64,000 nt of DNA from Obrimoposthia wandeli (lineage: Eukaryota). The stretch spans positions 496,001-560,000 of the forward strand of contig CDROCS010001101.1 in assembly GCA_977020255.1 (NCBI GenBank), in the 5' to 3' direction. Shown here in pieces: positions 47,914-57,586 of this stretch (positions are counted from its first letter, which is position 1; the number at the start of each line of letters is the position of its first letter). Position numbers and translations under genes: made by a program. Under the pieces are notes generated by a model. The model saw nothing but the letters and a program-made list of their open reading frames with translations. It did not search any database and was not told where the DNA came from.

Positions 47914-49518
47914 ATGCAAGCACTAACGCTAGTTGATATGGGTTTTTTGTACACAGAAACAGTTGCCAGTCCTAAACATGTAGCCGGATTACAAATTTTC
48001 ACGGCTCCTGAGAATTACGAAGGTAACTTTACCCGTGATCTGTTTGACGCATTAATGTCACAGGATGAAATTAAACAACCCTTTAATTTAAAGCTCAAGA
48101 AACAACTTACTGGGCAGTATCACTGGCAAGAAGATAACAACATAGACCTATCTTACCATGTAAGATTTGCGATGTTACCGCAACCAGGCAATGAAAGTCA
48201 GCTACTCCACTTTGTTGAACATCAACATGAAACACTGCTAGATAGAAACCGACCGCTGTGGGAAATGATATTGATTGATGGCTTAGAAGATAACAAGTTC
48301 GCCATTTACTTAAAAGCACACCACGCCTTCACTGACGGTGCCAAAGCTAATCAGCTATTGATGTCTTATTTAAGTAAGAATACTGACGCGCCGATGACTG
48401 CATTTTGGAATATTGAACGCGAAGAAAAAGAAAAAGAACTTGATACCATGCTAACCTCGATTAGCAAGACATCGAAAAAGCTATCAGATCAGGTTAAGTC
48501 AATTCCATCTTTGACTAAACTGACAACTAAGTTGTTGTTCCAAGCTGCAAATGTATATAAAGCAGATATGCCAACCCCGTTTATGGCGCCAAAAACCCCC
48601 TTCTCAGTAAGCCCTAAGCGTGCACGTCGTGCTGCAGTTTCTGCATTGCCGTTATCACGTGTAAAACGTATTGGTAAGATGACTGGCGCAACGATCAATG
48701 ATGTCGTTGTCACTATTTGCGACATGGCTATTCATAACTACCTTGCAAGCAAGAACTTTAACCTTAAAAAGCCCCTTGTTGCGCAAATGCCAATGAGCTT
48801 ACGTGACGCTGGCGATACAGTAACCAACAACCAAGTTGCAATCAGCTTAGTTGAACTGGCTTACCGTGGAGAGTCTCCGCTTGAACGCTTAATGACGATT
48901 AAAGATTCGTGTATCAAACTCAAAAATGAAACACGCCTGCTGACTAAAGAAGCACTCACTAGCTATACCATGGCGAGCCAAGGCCTTGCTGTTGTAAGTG
49001 AGTTTTTAAGCTTAGACACTATATTACCGCCAATGGGTAATGTACTGATTTCAAATGTACCGGGTCCACGTGAACCGCTATATATGATGGGTGCGAAAAT
49101 GGATCAATGTTTTCCTATCTCAGTATTGCCACCAGGTATGTCTCTGAACATTACGCTATACAGCTATAACGGTTTAATTAATGTTGGTTTAGTATCATGT
49201 CGCTCTGCCCTACCCGATTTAACCGATTTGGCTGAATTCGTAAATAGTGCGTTTGCAGAGCTTGAAAATGAAGTACTAACAAGTGCAGCAACATCTGTAA
49301 CAGAACAAATCGCACTACTCGCGATGCCTAAGGGCAATTCGGACATCAAACAAGAAAGTTTAGCGATTATCGAACAAATATTAGCGGATGCAGGCAAGTC
49401 TAAAGCAGTTAAAAATCCAACATTAGATAGCAAAGCAACTCAGCCTGTAAAGCAAGCCGCAGCAGAAAACACAATCACCACTGATACAGCGAATAAAGCT
49501 GTACCGGCATCAGTATAG
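47914..49518 (+). CDS. Wax ester synthase/diacylglycerol acyltransferase 1 (WS/DGAT)
   Basis: LTLVDMGFL..ET..SPKHVAGL, LDRNRPLWE, HHAFTDG catalytic motif, NVLISNVPGP, LNITLYSYNG; ATG at 47914 aligns with the paralog start. Confidence 0.93.
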   Translation: MQALTLVDMGFLYTETVASPKHVAGLQIFTAPENYEGNFTRDLFDALMSQDEIKQPFNLKLKKQLTGQYHWQEDNNIDLSYHVRFAMLPQPGNESQLLHFVEHQHETLLDRNRPLWEMILIDGLEDNKFAIYLKAHHAFTDGAKANQLLMSYLSKNTDAPMTAFWNIEREEKEKELDTMLTSISKTSKKLSDQVKSIPSLTKLTTKLLFQAANVYKADMPTPFMAPKTPFSVSPKRARRAAVSALPLSRVKRIGKMTGATINDVVVTICDMAIHNYLASKNFNLKKPLVAQMPMSLRDAGDTVTNNQVAISLVELAYRGESPLERLMTIKDSCIKLKNETRLLTKEALTSYTMASQGLAVVSEFLSLDTILPPMGNVLISNVPGPREPLYMMGAKMDQCFPISVLPPGMSLNITLYSYNGLINVGLVSCRSALPDLTDLAEFVNSAFAELENEVLTSAATSVTEQIALLAMPKGNSDIKQESLAIIEQILADAGKSKAVKNPTLDSKATQPVKQAAAENTITTDTANKAVPASV

Positions 49519-49526
49519 GGATAACG

Positions 49527-50168
49527 ATGAAAACACGTGACAGGATTTTACAGTGTAGTTTAGAGATGTTTAGCCAATACGGACACGTAAAAGTATCTAC
49601 GGTTGAAATTGCTAACGCGCTAGAAATAAGCCCAGGTAATTTGTATTACCATTTTAATGGTAAAGACCAATTATTAACTGAGCTGTTTTATGAATATGAA
49701 GCCGCTATTAATAAGCTAATGTCATTCTATGAAGATGACGTGCAAGCATTTGAAGATTACTGGGCATACCTGAATATATATGTTGGCCTAATTCAACAAT
49801 ACTCATTCTTCTATCGTGATATGAAAGTTATATTCGATGAGAATAAGCTGTTGAAACGTCGCTTTATGCGTCTCGTTAATAACCATCATAGCTTTTTCTT
49901 AAAAATGCTAACGTCGTTAAACACCAGCAGTGAAATTAAGATGAGTGAAGCGCAGCAAAGTTCGATGGCTGATACAATCTGCTTGATCGCAACTAACTCA
50001 CTCGATACTCAATTGGCTGAAGAAGATTACGATCTTCAAGCGATTACTCAACGCATTGTCTTACGTATTATCATGCTAGTTGAACCTTATTTTTCTAGCG
50101 AAGCAAAAGTGAAATACTTACATGAAGTTGAACAAAACCCGGTTGAAGCAACCAGTTTGTTTAGCTAA
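49527..50168 (+). CDS. TetR-family regulator resembling Pseudomonas PhaD
   Basis: MKTRDRILQCSLEMF..G..VSTVEIANALEISPGNLYYHFNGK, EDYW, IMLVEP; starts 8 bp after the WS/DGAT-1 stop. Confidence 0.85.
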   Translation: MKTRDRILQCSLEMFSQYGHVKVSTVEIANALEISPGNLYYHFNGKDQLLTELFYEYEAAINKLMSFYEDDVQAFEDYWAYLNIYVGLIQQYSFFYRDMKVIFDENKLLKRRFMRLVNNHHSFFLKMLTSLNTSSEIKMSEAQQSSMADTICLIATNSLDTQLAEEDYDLQAITQRIVLRIIMLVEPYFSSEAKVKYLHEVEQNPVEATSLFS

Positions 50169-50187
50169 ATATCGTTAGACTGTAAAT

Positions 50188-50230
50188 AAAAATAGAGTGA
50201 ACAGCCCTTATAATGATTCACTCTATTTTT
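50188..50230 (+). terminator. Terminator after WS1-TetR operon
   Basis: AAAAATAGAGTGAA...TTCACTCTATTTTT. Confidence 0.75.
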
Positions 50231-50444
50231 AATTCCTATTTTTAAATTCTGTTTTTAAACTCGACTTCTCTTACAGTGTAAAACCCCAAAAAATATCTTC
50301 AGTCTGCCCATGGACCCTCCCCCGAAAGTCCGAAATTAAATTCTGCGTTATTAACGTACTTTATATAAAAACTATTTACCTATAATCGTTTAAGGTTGAT
50401 AATCCTATCTTGATAACCATACCATCGATATATAAGGTCGGACG

Positions 50445-51791
50445 ATGCCAGAAAATGACGTTCAAAATGCAGTTGAAGAACTACTAACAAATAATCTTGA
50501 TACATCAGCGCAGCAAGCTTTTATTGAAAAGCTTGAGCATGAAACGTCGCCTGTCGATATGGCCTTATTGTTAGAATCTCTGCCCTTTTTAGAACGTTTA
50601 GAAACCTGGGCACAAATATCTGCCGATATAAAACTGCCGATACTAGTCGAGATGCGTGCAGATGCAGGTGAGTCTATTGTTGATTCGTTAACACATGCAG
50701 AATTACTGACACTTTTTACTGATATTGATGCCAACACATTAGTTGAATTACAAGATATCATTCCCGATCACCATCTTGAAACCGTACTGGCTAAGATGGA
50801 TGAAACTCAGCTATCGCACTACTCGGCTGCGCAACAGTTTAATGATGACGAAGTGGGACATTGGTGTGATCATCAGCCACTTGTTGTTCCGGCTAAAACC
50901 AAAATAAAAGTAGTTTTAAGATTAATTCGCCGTAGTAGTTCATCGCACTGTAACGTGGTGTTTCTCGTTGATAACCGCGGTAATTGGCAGGGTGTTGTTC
51001 GTATCAATCAATTGTTTGGTGCAGATCCGTTATTACGCGTAGCAGAGTTAATTGAAGAGGATTACCTCACCTTAAACGCCAATGAAGATGTCTACATTGC
51101 CGCAGATAAAGTGGCGCAAAGCAATGAGTCCGCGTTACCCGTTATTACGACAGGCGGTTTACTCATCGGGCGTTTAGATATTGGCGCTGCTTATAAACTG
51201 CAAGCTGAACATGCTGAATCACAAATAATGGCAACAGCGGGTCTCGATGAAAACGAAGATCTATTTTCACCCGTTCGTAAAAGTGCTAAGAATCGTGCTA
51301 TTTGGCTGGGCATAAACTTGCTAACCGCATTTTTAGCATCTTGGTTCATCGGTATGTTTGAAGCGACGATCCAACAAGTTGTTGCGCTGGCAGTATTAAT
51401 GCCCGTGGTTGCATCTATGGGCGGCATTGCAGGAAGCCAGACTTTAACCTTGATTGTCCGTGGTTTAGCATTAGGGCATATCTCGATGGCGAACATGAAG
51501 CCTTTGTTATTCAAGGAACTCAAAGTCGCAATCCTCAATGGTATTCTGTGGTCATTAGTGATTGGTTTGGTGACAGGTTACTGGTTTGACGATGTCATGC
51601 TCGGTATCGTTATTGGCTTAGCAATTGTAGCCAATATCATTACAGCGGCACTCGCAGGTGTTTTAGTACCTGTTGCGTTAGATAAAATGAAGATTGACCC
51701 TGCATTATCCGGTTCTGTTATTTTGACAACAGTGACTGACATCATGGGCTTTGTGGTGTTCTTAGGATTGGGTACTATCTTATTACTATAG
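50445..51791 (+). CDS. mgtE: Magnesium transporter MgtE
   Basis: N-terminal domain, CBS pair, RAIWLGINL, LAVLMPVVASMGGIAGSQT, KIDPALSGSVILTTVTD. Confidence 0.95.
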   Translation: MPENDVQNAVEELLTNNLDTSAQQAFIEKLEHETSPVDMALLLESLPFLERLETWAQISADIKLPILVEMRADAGESIVDSLTHAELLTLFTDIDANTLVELQDIIPDHHLETVLAKMDETQLSHYSAAQQFNDDEVGHWCDHQPLVVPAKTKIKVVLRLIRRSSSSHCNVVFLVDNRGNWQGVVRINQLFGADPLLRVAELIEEDYLTLNANEDVYIAADKVAQSNESALPVITTGGLLIGRLDIGAAYKLQAEHAESQIMATAGLDENEDLFSPVRKSAKNRAIWLGINLLTAFLASWFIGMFEATIQQVVALAVLMPVVASMGGIAGSQTLTLIVRGLALGHISMANMKPLLFKELKVAILNGILWSLVIGLVTGYWFDDVMLGIVIGLAIVANIITAALAGVLVPVALDKMKIDPALSGSVILTTVTDIMGFVVFLGLGTILLL

Positions 51792-51857
51792 GTCGTGACT
51801 AATGGATCGTAGCTAATAGATTACGACTATCAGTTACCATTCAAGATCAGACTAAAC

Positions 51858-51897
51858 GCGCCATACCGATAACTGTAAATAAGTATCGGTATGGCGC
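51858..51897. terminator. Hairpin between convergent mgtE and oxidoreductase
   Basis: GCGCCATACCGATA...TATCGGTATGGCGC. Confidence 0.75.
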
Positions 51898-51920
51898 CGT
51901 CAACATCAAAATAATTAAGA

Positions 51921-52961
51921 CTATCTCGGCACAGTTAAAGTCTGACCTAAACGACTGCTTTCCATCGCCAACTCAATCAACTTAATACTCCACAACGCAT
52001 CTTCAGCATTCACTGGCGCTTGGCCTTCGCTATTTATAGAGGCTGCCATTGCTTGGAAGTAATGCTGATAACCACCACGTTCGGTCTGCACAGTTGCAAC
52101 TGTATCTAAAGTATATAAATGACCATATTGCTCTGGTGCTTCATCTGCCCAGCTTGCATCCACCGGCACAACGCCTGCTTTTAAGCGATCTTCTTGTGGA
52201 TCTAAGCCGTATTTTTCATAACTCGCTTTATTGCCTTTGACACTAAAACGCTTATTGGGTCCAGCACTAAACAGATCACAATGTAACGTGGCAATGTGGT
52301 CTGGGTAATGTAATACAAGATTAAAGTAATCGATGTTTGTAGAGCCTTCTCTCATGATTAAGCATTGCGCCGTGATCGCATTGGGTAATCCGAACAACTG
52401 CAATGTTTGATCTATTAGATGCGGGCCTAAATCAAATAGTATACCGCCACCAGTGGTCGATTGTTCACGCCAGCGCTGACGCACTTCCGGTCTAAAGCGG
52501 TCGAAATGAGATTCAAAACATTTAACCTCACCTAAACTGCCGTCTTCAATGAGCTTTTTAACAGTAAGAAAGTCCCCATCCCAACGACGATTATTATAGA
52601 CACTTAAAACAAGCCCTTTTTCTGCTGCTAATGCGATCAGTGCTTCACCATCTGCAACATTAATAACAAAGGGCTTTTCGATAATAACGTGTTTGTTCTG
52701 TTCCAACGCCGCTTTAGCTAATGAGAAATGCACATCGTTAGGCGCAGTGATAATCACCAATTCCGCATCAGATTGTTGTAATAACGATTCTGCTGTTAAG
52801 AAGTGTTCTACCTGAGGAAAATCAGTTGTCACAGCTTCACGTTGGCTACTACTGATTGAAGTTAGCTCAAATTCAGCCAAGTGACTAATGAAAGGAATAT
52901 GAAATGTTTTTGCAGAAAATCCGTAACCGATAACGGCCGTTTTGATTGGTTTTAAGTTCAT
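51921..52961 (-). CDS. Gfo/Idh/MocA oxidoreductase (YdgJ-like)
   Basis: IGYGFSAKTFH, EKPF, NRRWDGDF, GGGILFDLGPHLIDQ, KYGLDPQE. Confidence 0.9.
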   Translation of the reverse strand: MNLKPIKTAVIGYGFSAKTFHIPFISHLAEFELTSISSSQREAVTTDFPQVEHFLTAESLLQQSDAELVIITAPNDVHFSLAKAALEQNKHVIIEKPFVINVADGEALIALAAEKGLVLSVYNNRRWDGDFLTVKKLIEDGSLGEVKCFESHFDRFRPEVRQRWREQSTTGGGILFDLGPHLIDQTLQLFGLPNAITAQCLIMREGSTNIDYFNLVLHYPDHIATLHCDLFSAGPNKRFSVKGNKASYEKYGLDPQEDRLKAGVVPVDASWADEAPEQYGHLYTLDTVATVQTERGGYQHYFQAMAASINSEGQAPVNAEDALWSIKLIELAMESSRLGQTLTVPR

Positions 52962-53201
52962 GCTTACTCTCTTAACAGATCCAGCTACAGCAGTTGAATA
53001 TCATAGGCTTCAATCATAACCCCCTTATTGTCATTATTAAATAACCAATGTTTAGACGGTATTATTGCCGTATAACTAAACAGCATCGAAGATTAAGTAC
53101 CTATAAAGACTAAACCGACTCAAGTTTATTTCCTTAATAACCTGTATTCCGCTATAATTCGCACCTTTAATTTTTCGTATTAATTTACCCCAAGGCTTAT
53201 T

Positions 53202-53750
53202 ATGAATCTTTCAGCTAAAACCGTTGTTGTGATTGCAATTGGTGCTGCTTTATATGGCATCGGCGGACTACCAATGTTTGGTATTCCAGTGTTTGCAAAC
53301 ACGACACTTAAACCCGCGATGGCAGTGCTTGCACTCTTCTCGGTCTTATTTGGTCCATTAGTTGGTTTCTTAGTAGGCTTTATCGGTCATTGGGTAACAG
53401 ATTTATTCTCTGGCTGGGGTGTTTGGTTAACGTGGGTATTAGGCTCTGGTATCGTTGGTCTTATTATCGGTTTGTTCCCTAAGTTGACACAAGGTCGCTT
53501 AGAGAAAGGCGAGTTCTCGATGAAAGACATGGCGCTCTTTGTTGTACTTGCTTTAGTCGGTAACACTGTCGGTTACGGTGTATCAGCGCTACTCGATACA
53601 CTGCTTTATGCAGAACCATTTACCAAAGTAATGACGCAACTAACCATCATTGCAGCAGGTAACACGATGTTAATCGCTGTCGTAGGCTACATATTGCTAA
53701 CCGCTTTTGCCAAACGTAAAAAACAAAGCCGCAATTTGACCGAGGGTTAA
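53202..53750 (+). CDS. ECF transporter S component (UPF0397 family)
   Basis: [46 protein letters not shown]. Confidence 0.88.
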   Translation: MNLSAKTVVVIAIGAALYGIGGLPMFGIPVFANTTLKPAMAVLALFSVLFGPLVGFLVGFIGHWVTDLFSGWGVWLTWVLGSGIVGLIIGLFPKLTQGRLEKGEFSMKDMALFVVLALVGNTVGYGVSALLDTLLYAEPFTKVMTQLTIIAAGNTMLIAVVGYILLTAFAKRKKQSRNLTEG

Positions 53751-53756
53751 CCCACA

Positions 53757-55451
53757 ATGACCATCGAATTTTCTGACTTCTCTTTTAAATATGCTTCGCA
53801 AGATAAAGCGACACTCAAAGGCATAAATCTAAGGATAGAGAAAGGAGAGAAAATTGTCATTATTGGTCCAAGTGGGAGTGGTAAATCTACCCTTGGACAA
53901 TGCTTAAACGGCCTGATTCCGCATGCCATAAAAGGCGAGATGTCTGGCAGCTTAACCATTAATGATACGCCTGTATCTGGGTTATGCATGCAAGACTATA
54001 GCGAATCGGTAGGCACTGTGTTGCAAGACACAGACAGCCAATTCGTTGGTTTAAGTATTGGTGAAGATATTGCATTTGCGCTTGAGAATAACATGATTTC
54101 TCAAGCCGAAATGCTACCTATCGTACAGAAAACTGCCGCGATGGTTGATCTTGATGATTTACTCGATCATTCACCTTATGCATTATCTGGTGGTCAAAAG
54201 CAGCGCGTATCACTCGCTGGTATTCTGGTTGACGATACTGACATCTTGCTATTTGATGAACCATTGGCCAGCCTAGATCCAAAAACAGGTAAAGCAACCA
54301 TCGAGATTATCGACCAGTTGCATAAAGACACAGGCAAAACGGTTATCATTATCGAACATCGTCTCGAAGATGTACTCCACTGTCATATCGACCGCGTGAT
54401 CTTAATGGAACGTGGCCAAATCATTGCCGATATGTCGCCTAATGAATTAATCGTATCACCCTTACTACAAGTTCATGGTATCCGCGAACCACTCTATATT
54501 TCGGCATTAAAAGCGGCGAACTGCCCTATTGCTGTTACAGATAATCCAGCTTATATCGACAAAATGGATCTACAGCAATACCAAACACCATTAACCAATT
54601 GGTTTAATGCACAAGCACCGATCGTGCAGCCACAAGCAACAGAAACATTACTTGAGATTAATGACTTAACGTATTCTTACACTGGCGAAAAGAACGCCCT
54701 TGAAGATATTTCATTTAGTATTAATCGTGGTGAATTTGTTTCTATCTTGGGAAAAAATGGTTCGGGTAAATCAACGATCACTAAGCTAATCATGGGCGTT
54801 ATAGCACCTGATGCGGGTCAAATTAAGCTGAATGGTGAAGATATCGCAGATCTCTCTATCTTTGAGCGTGCTCAAAAGGTCGGTGTGGTGATGCAAAACC
54901 CAAATCACATGATCTCTAATCATATGATTTTTGATGAAATCGCCTTTGGTCTACGTAACCGTGGCCACGATGAAGCGTTTGTAGAAGAGAAAGTACTGCA
55001 CGTACTGGGTTTATGCGGTCTGATGAAATATCGTCATTGGCCAATTGAAGCACTTAGCTACGGTCAGAAAAAACGTGTCACGATTGCATCTATCCTAGCA
55101 CTCGAGCCAGAATTGCTGATTTTAGATGAGCCAACAGCAGGACAAGATCATCGTAACTATACCTCGATGCTGTCGTTCATTAAAACGCTGAACAAAACGC
55201 TGGGCATTACAGTGCTGATTATCTCTCACGATATGCACCTCGTATTAGAATACACCACGCGTTCAATTGTCATCGCTGAAAGTAAATTGATTGCCAATGC
55301 GCCAGTTTCACAAGTGTTCAGTGATCCTGTACTACTTGACCGTGCGAATTTAAAAATAACCAGTCTGTATACACTTGCCAATGCCGTGGGTATAAACAAT
55401 ACCGATGGTTTCATGCAGCAATTTATTAAATCTGAAGTGGCACCGTCATAA
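53757..55451 (+). CDS. ECF transporter tandem ATPase (A-A')
   Basis: Two NBDs: GPSGSGKST/LSGGQ and GKNGSGKST/LSYGQ. Confidence 0.93.
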   Translation: MTIEFSDFSFKYASQDKATLKGINLRIEKGEKIVIIGPSGSGKSTLGQCLNGLIPHAIKGEMSGSLTINDTPVSGLCMQDYSESVGTVLQDTDSQFVGLSIGEDIAFALENNMISQAEMLPIVQKTAAMVDLDDLLDHSPYALSGGQKQRVSLAGILVDDTDILLFDEPLASLDPKTGKATIEIIDQLHKDTGKTVIIIEHRLEDVLHCHIDRVILMERGQIIADMSPNELIVSPLLQVHGIREPLYISALKAANCPIAVTDNPAYIDKMDLQQYQTPLTNWFNAQAPIVQPQATETLLEINDLTYSYTGEKNALEDISFSINRGEFVSILGKNGSGKSTITKLIMGVIAPDAGQIKLNGEDIADLSIFERAQKVGVVMQNPNHMISNHMIFDEIAFGLRNRGHDEAFVEEKVLHVLGLCGLMKYRHWPIEALSYGQKKRVTIASILALEPELLILDEPTAGQDHRNYTSMLSFIKTLNKTLGITVLIISHDMHLVLEYTTRSIVIAESKLIANAPVSQVFSDPVLLDRANLKITSLYTLANAVGINNTDGFMQQFIKSEVAPS

Positions 55452-56389
55452 TGCAGAACAACACTAATAGCGAAAGCACACTTAATAAAAGCAATATGAA
55501 TAAAAATACAGTTAATAACGACATGAAGAAAAAGCATAAAAGTAGCATCAATAAAACCAAGAAAATTGATTTTGGTATTAACTATGTCAATACCAACTCA
55601 GCCCTACATAAGCTTAATGGCGTCACTAAGTTTGTGTTGTTTTTAGCTTGGGTTACCGTGGTTTTAACGACGTTTGATTTACGCCTTATTCTCGCGCTTA
55701 TTATTACCGGCGGTACCTTACTTAAATTAACTAAAGTACCGTTTTCAGTTTATAAACCGCTATTAATTGCCACAGCCAGTGTGCTTAGTATTAATGCCTT
55801 ATTCATGTTCTTGTTAGCACCACAGCAAGGCGAAGAATATATTGGCTCAAGCACAGTGTTATTGCCGTTATGGGGTGATTACTCCCTAACACAAGAGACG
55901 TTATATTACTTACTGACGGTCACATTGAAATACTTCAGCATGTTTCCGATTGCATTAGTCTTTGTGTTTACCACGCATCCGACTGAGTTTGCGGCAAGTT
56001 TAAATCGTCTCGGTGTACCCTACAAAATTGCCTATGCGGTTAGTTTAACATTGCGCTATTTACCAGATGTTAAAAATGATTTCGTCAACATCATGCACGC
56101 ACAACAAGCACGTGGCGTCGATTTATCTAAGAATGTCTCGGTACTATCGCGTATTAAAAATGTCGCGAAGATCTTAGGTCCATTGATTTTCTCAAGCCTA
56201 GATCGCGCCGACGAGATCTCAAATGCAATGACGCTACGTGGCTTTGGCCATAACAAAATGCGTACTTGGTACAGCTTAAAAGCAATGACTAAACAGGACT
56301 ATACTGTGATGGGGTTAATCGGTTTAGTGGTTATATTAGCGGTAATTAAACGTGCGATGGCAACCGAATTATTCTGGTATCCATTCTAG
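55451..56389 (+). CDS. ECF transporter T component with low-complexity N-terminal extension
   Basis: HKLNGVTKF, LTLRYLP, AQQARG, AMTLRGFG. Confidence 0.9.
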   Translation: MQNNTNSESTLNKSNMNKNTVNNDMKKKHKSSINKTKKIDFGINYVNTNSALHKLNGVTKFVLFLAWVTVVLTTFDLRLILALIITGGTLLKLTKVPFSVYKPLLIATASVLSINALFMFLLAPQQGEEYIGSSTVLLPLWGDYSLTQETLYYLLTVTLKYFSMFPIALVFVFTTHPTEFAASLNRLGVPYKIAYAVSLTLRYLPDVKNDFVNIMHAQQARGVDLSKNVSVLSRIKNVAKILGPLIFSSLDRADEISNAMTLRGFGHNKMRTWYSLKAMTKQDYTVMGLIGLVVILAVIKRAMATELFWYPF

Positions 56390-56391
56390 TG

Positions 56392-57306
56392 ATGTTTTCT
56401 AGCGACATAGCTTGTACTGATATATCTTGCACCGACATACATGACGGAGTTAACGACAAGCTTACCTTAGCTAGCAATGAAATCCATTTATGGTCTGTTG
56501 TTCCGAAAAATATCCAACAGCCTGCATTATTACAAGCTTATAGTCAGCTTTTATCACCTGACGAAATCACAAAACAGCAACGTTTTCGGTTTGAAAAAGA
56601 TCGCCACAATGCATTAATCACCCGTGCTTTCATCCGTGATTTGTTATCTTATTATGCAGATGTATCGCCTGCAGATTGGCAGTTTGTAAAAGGGAGCAAA
56701 GATAAACCTGAGATTGTTAAGCCCCCGCTACCACTGCGCTTTAATATTAGTCATACCGATAACTTGATCATTTGTGCCGTTATGCTTCATGACGATATCG
56801 GTTGTGATGTTGAAAATACTCAGCGCAGCAGCGATGTTTTGAGCATTGCTAAATATTCGTTCGCGGATATTGAAGTCGATGATTTACTTGCTCAGCCCAC
56901 AGCGCAACAAACCAGTCGTTTCTTTGATTACTGGACGTTAAAAGAGTCTTATATCAAAGCATGGGGTTTAGGGTTATCAATTCCGTTGAAAGACTTCAGC
57001 TTCACATTACCCGCTAACCACCAGCCTGATCATCTGCAAGAACATTTAAAAGAACATTTAAAAGAACATCAACAAGAGCATCTGCATTGTATTGATGATA
57101 TTAAATTAAGCTTTGCAGCTCATCGCATTGATGATGCCAATGTTTGGCGTAATTGGTTGTTTTACCCCAATACCACCCATCGTGTGGCGATATCTGTACG
57201 TGCGACAAGTAATAATCAGCATACTGAATATAAAATGCGCTTTTTTAACTCGACTCCTCTAGTTAATATCACTGAAACACTTATTTTTAAACCGGACACT
57301 AAATAG
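56392..57306 (+). CDS. pfaE: Sfp-type 4'-phosphopantetheinyl transferase, PUFA-synthase activator PfaE type
   Basis: EIHLW, KDRHNALITRAF, LRFNISHT, IGCDVE, FFDYWTLKESYIKAWGLGLSIPL; resembles Moritella/Colwellia PfaE from recall; GTG at 56389 is an alternative start. Confidence 0.85.
   Translation: MFSSDIACTDISCTDIHDGVNDKLTLASNEIHLWSVVPKNIQQPALLQAYSQLLSPDEITKQQRFRFEKDRHNALITRAFIRDLLSYYADVSPADWQFVKGSKDKPEIVKPPLPLRFNISHTDNLIICAVMLHDDIGCDVENTQRSSDVLSIAKYSFADIEVDDLLAQPTAQQTSRFFDYWTLKESYIKAWGLGLSIPLKDFSFTLPANHQPDHLQEHLKEHLKEHQQEHLHCIDDIKLSFAAHRIDDANVWRNWLFYPNTTHRVAISVRATSNNQHTEYKMRFFNSTPLVNITETLIFKPDTK
57031..57087 (+). repeat. In-frame 12-bp tandem repeat in pfaE (HLQE-HLKE-HLKE-HQQE-HLH)
   Basis: catctgcaagaa / catttaaaagaa / catttaaaagaa / catcaacaagag. 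Confidence 0.85.
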
Positions 57307-57374
57307 TATTCACTTTCACTCGAAATAGCCTACCAGCGTTATAGCGACAAACAGCATTAAAAACTAACCACTAA

Positions 57375-57391
57375 TAAAGTTACCGTTAACA
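57375..57391. promoter_or_regulatory. 17-bp box shared by both WS/DGAT upstream regions (copy 2)
   Basis: TAAAGTTACCGTTAACA. Confidence 0.6.
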
Positions 57392-57586
57392 ACCTCGTCA
57401 ATAACAAATCCTTCTAGTTTAATATCTCATTTTCAACGCCAAAACACATGCTACTAACCTCTCAATATTAAATGTACATTTCAAATATTCAATTTAAACC
57501 TTTAAATTCAGGCATTTAAAATCACGTCAGTAAGTCACATATTATGTCGTTTAGGTAAATTAATGTCAAAATGATATATTCCTTTG

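Noticed and set aside
50230-50445. M-box (ykoK) Mg2+ riboswitch upstream of mgtE
   Set aside because: No recognisable M-box core sequence, and the space is short and AT-rich
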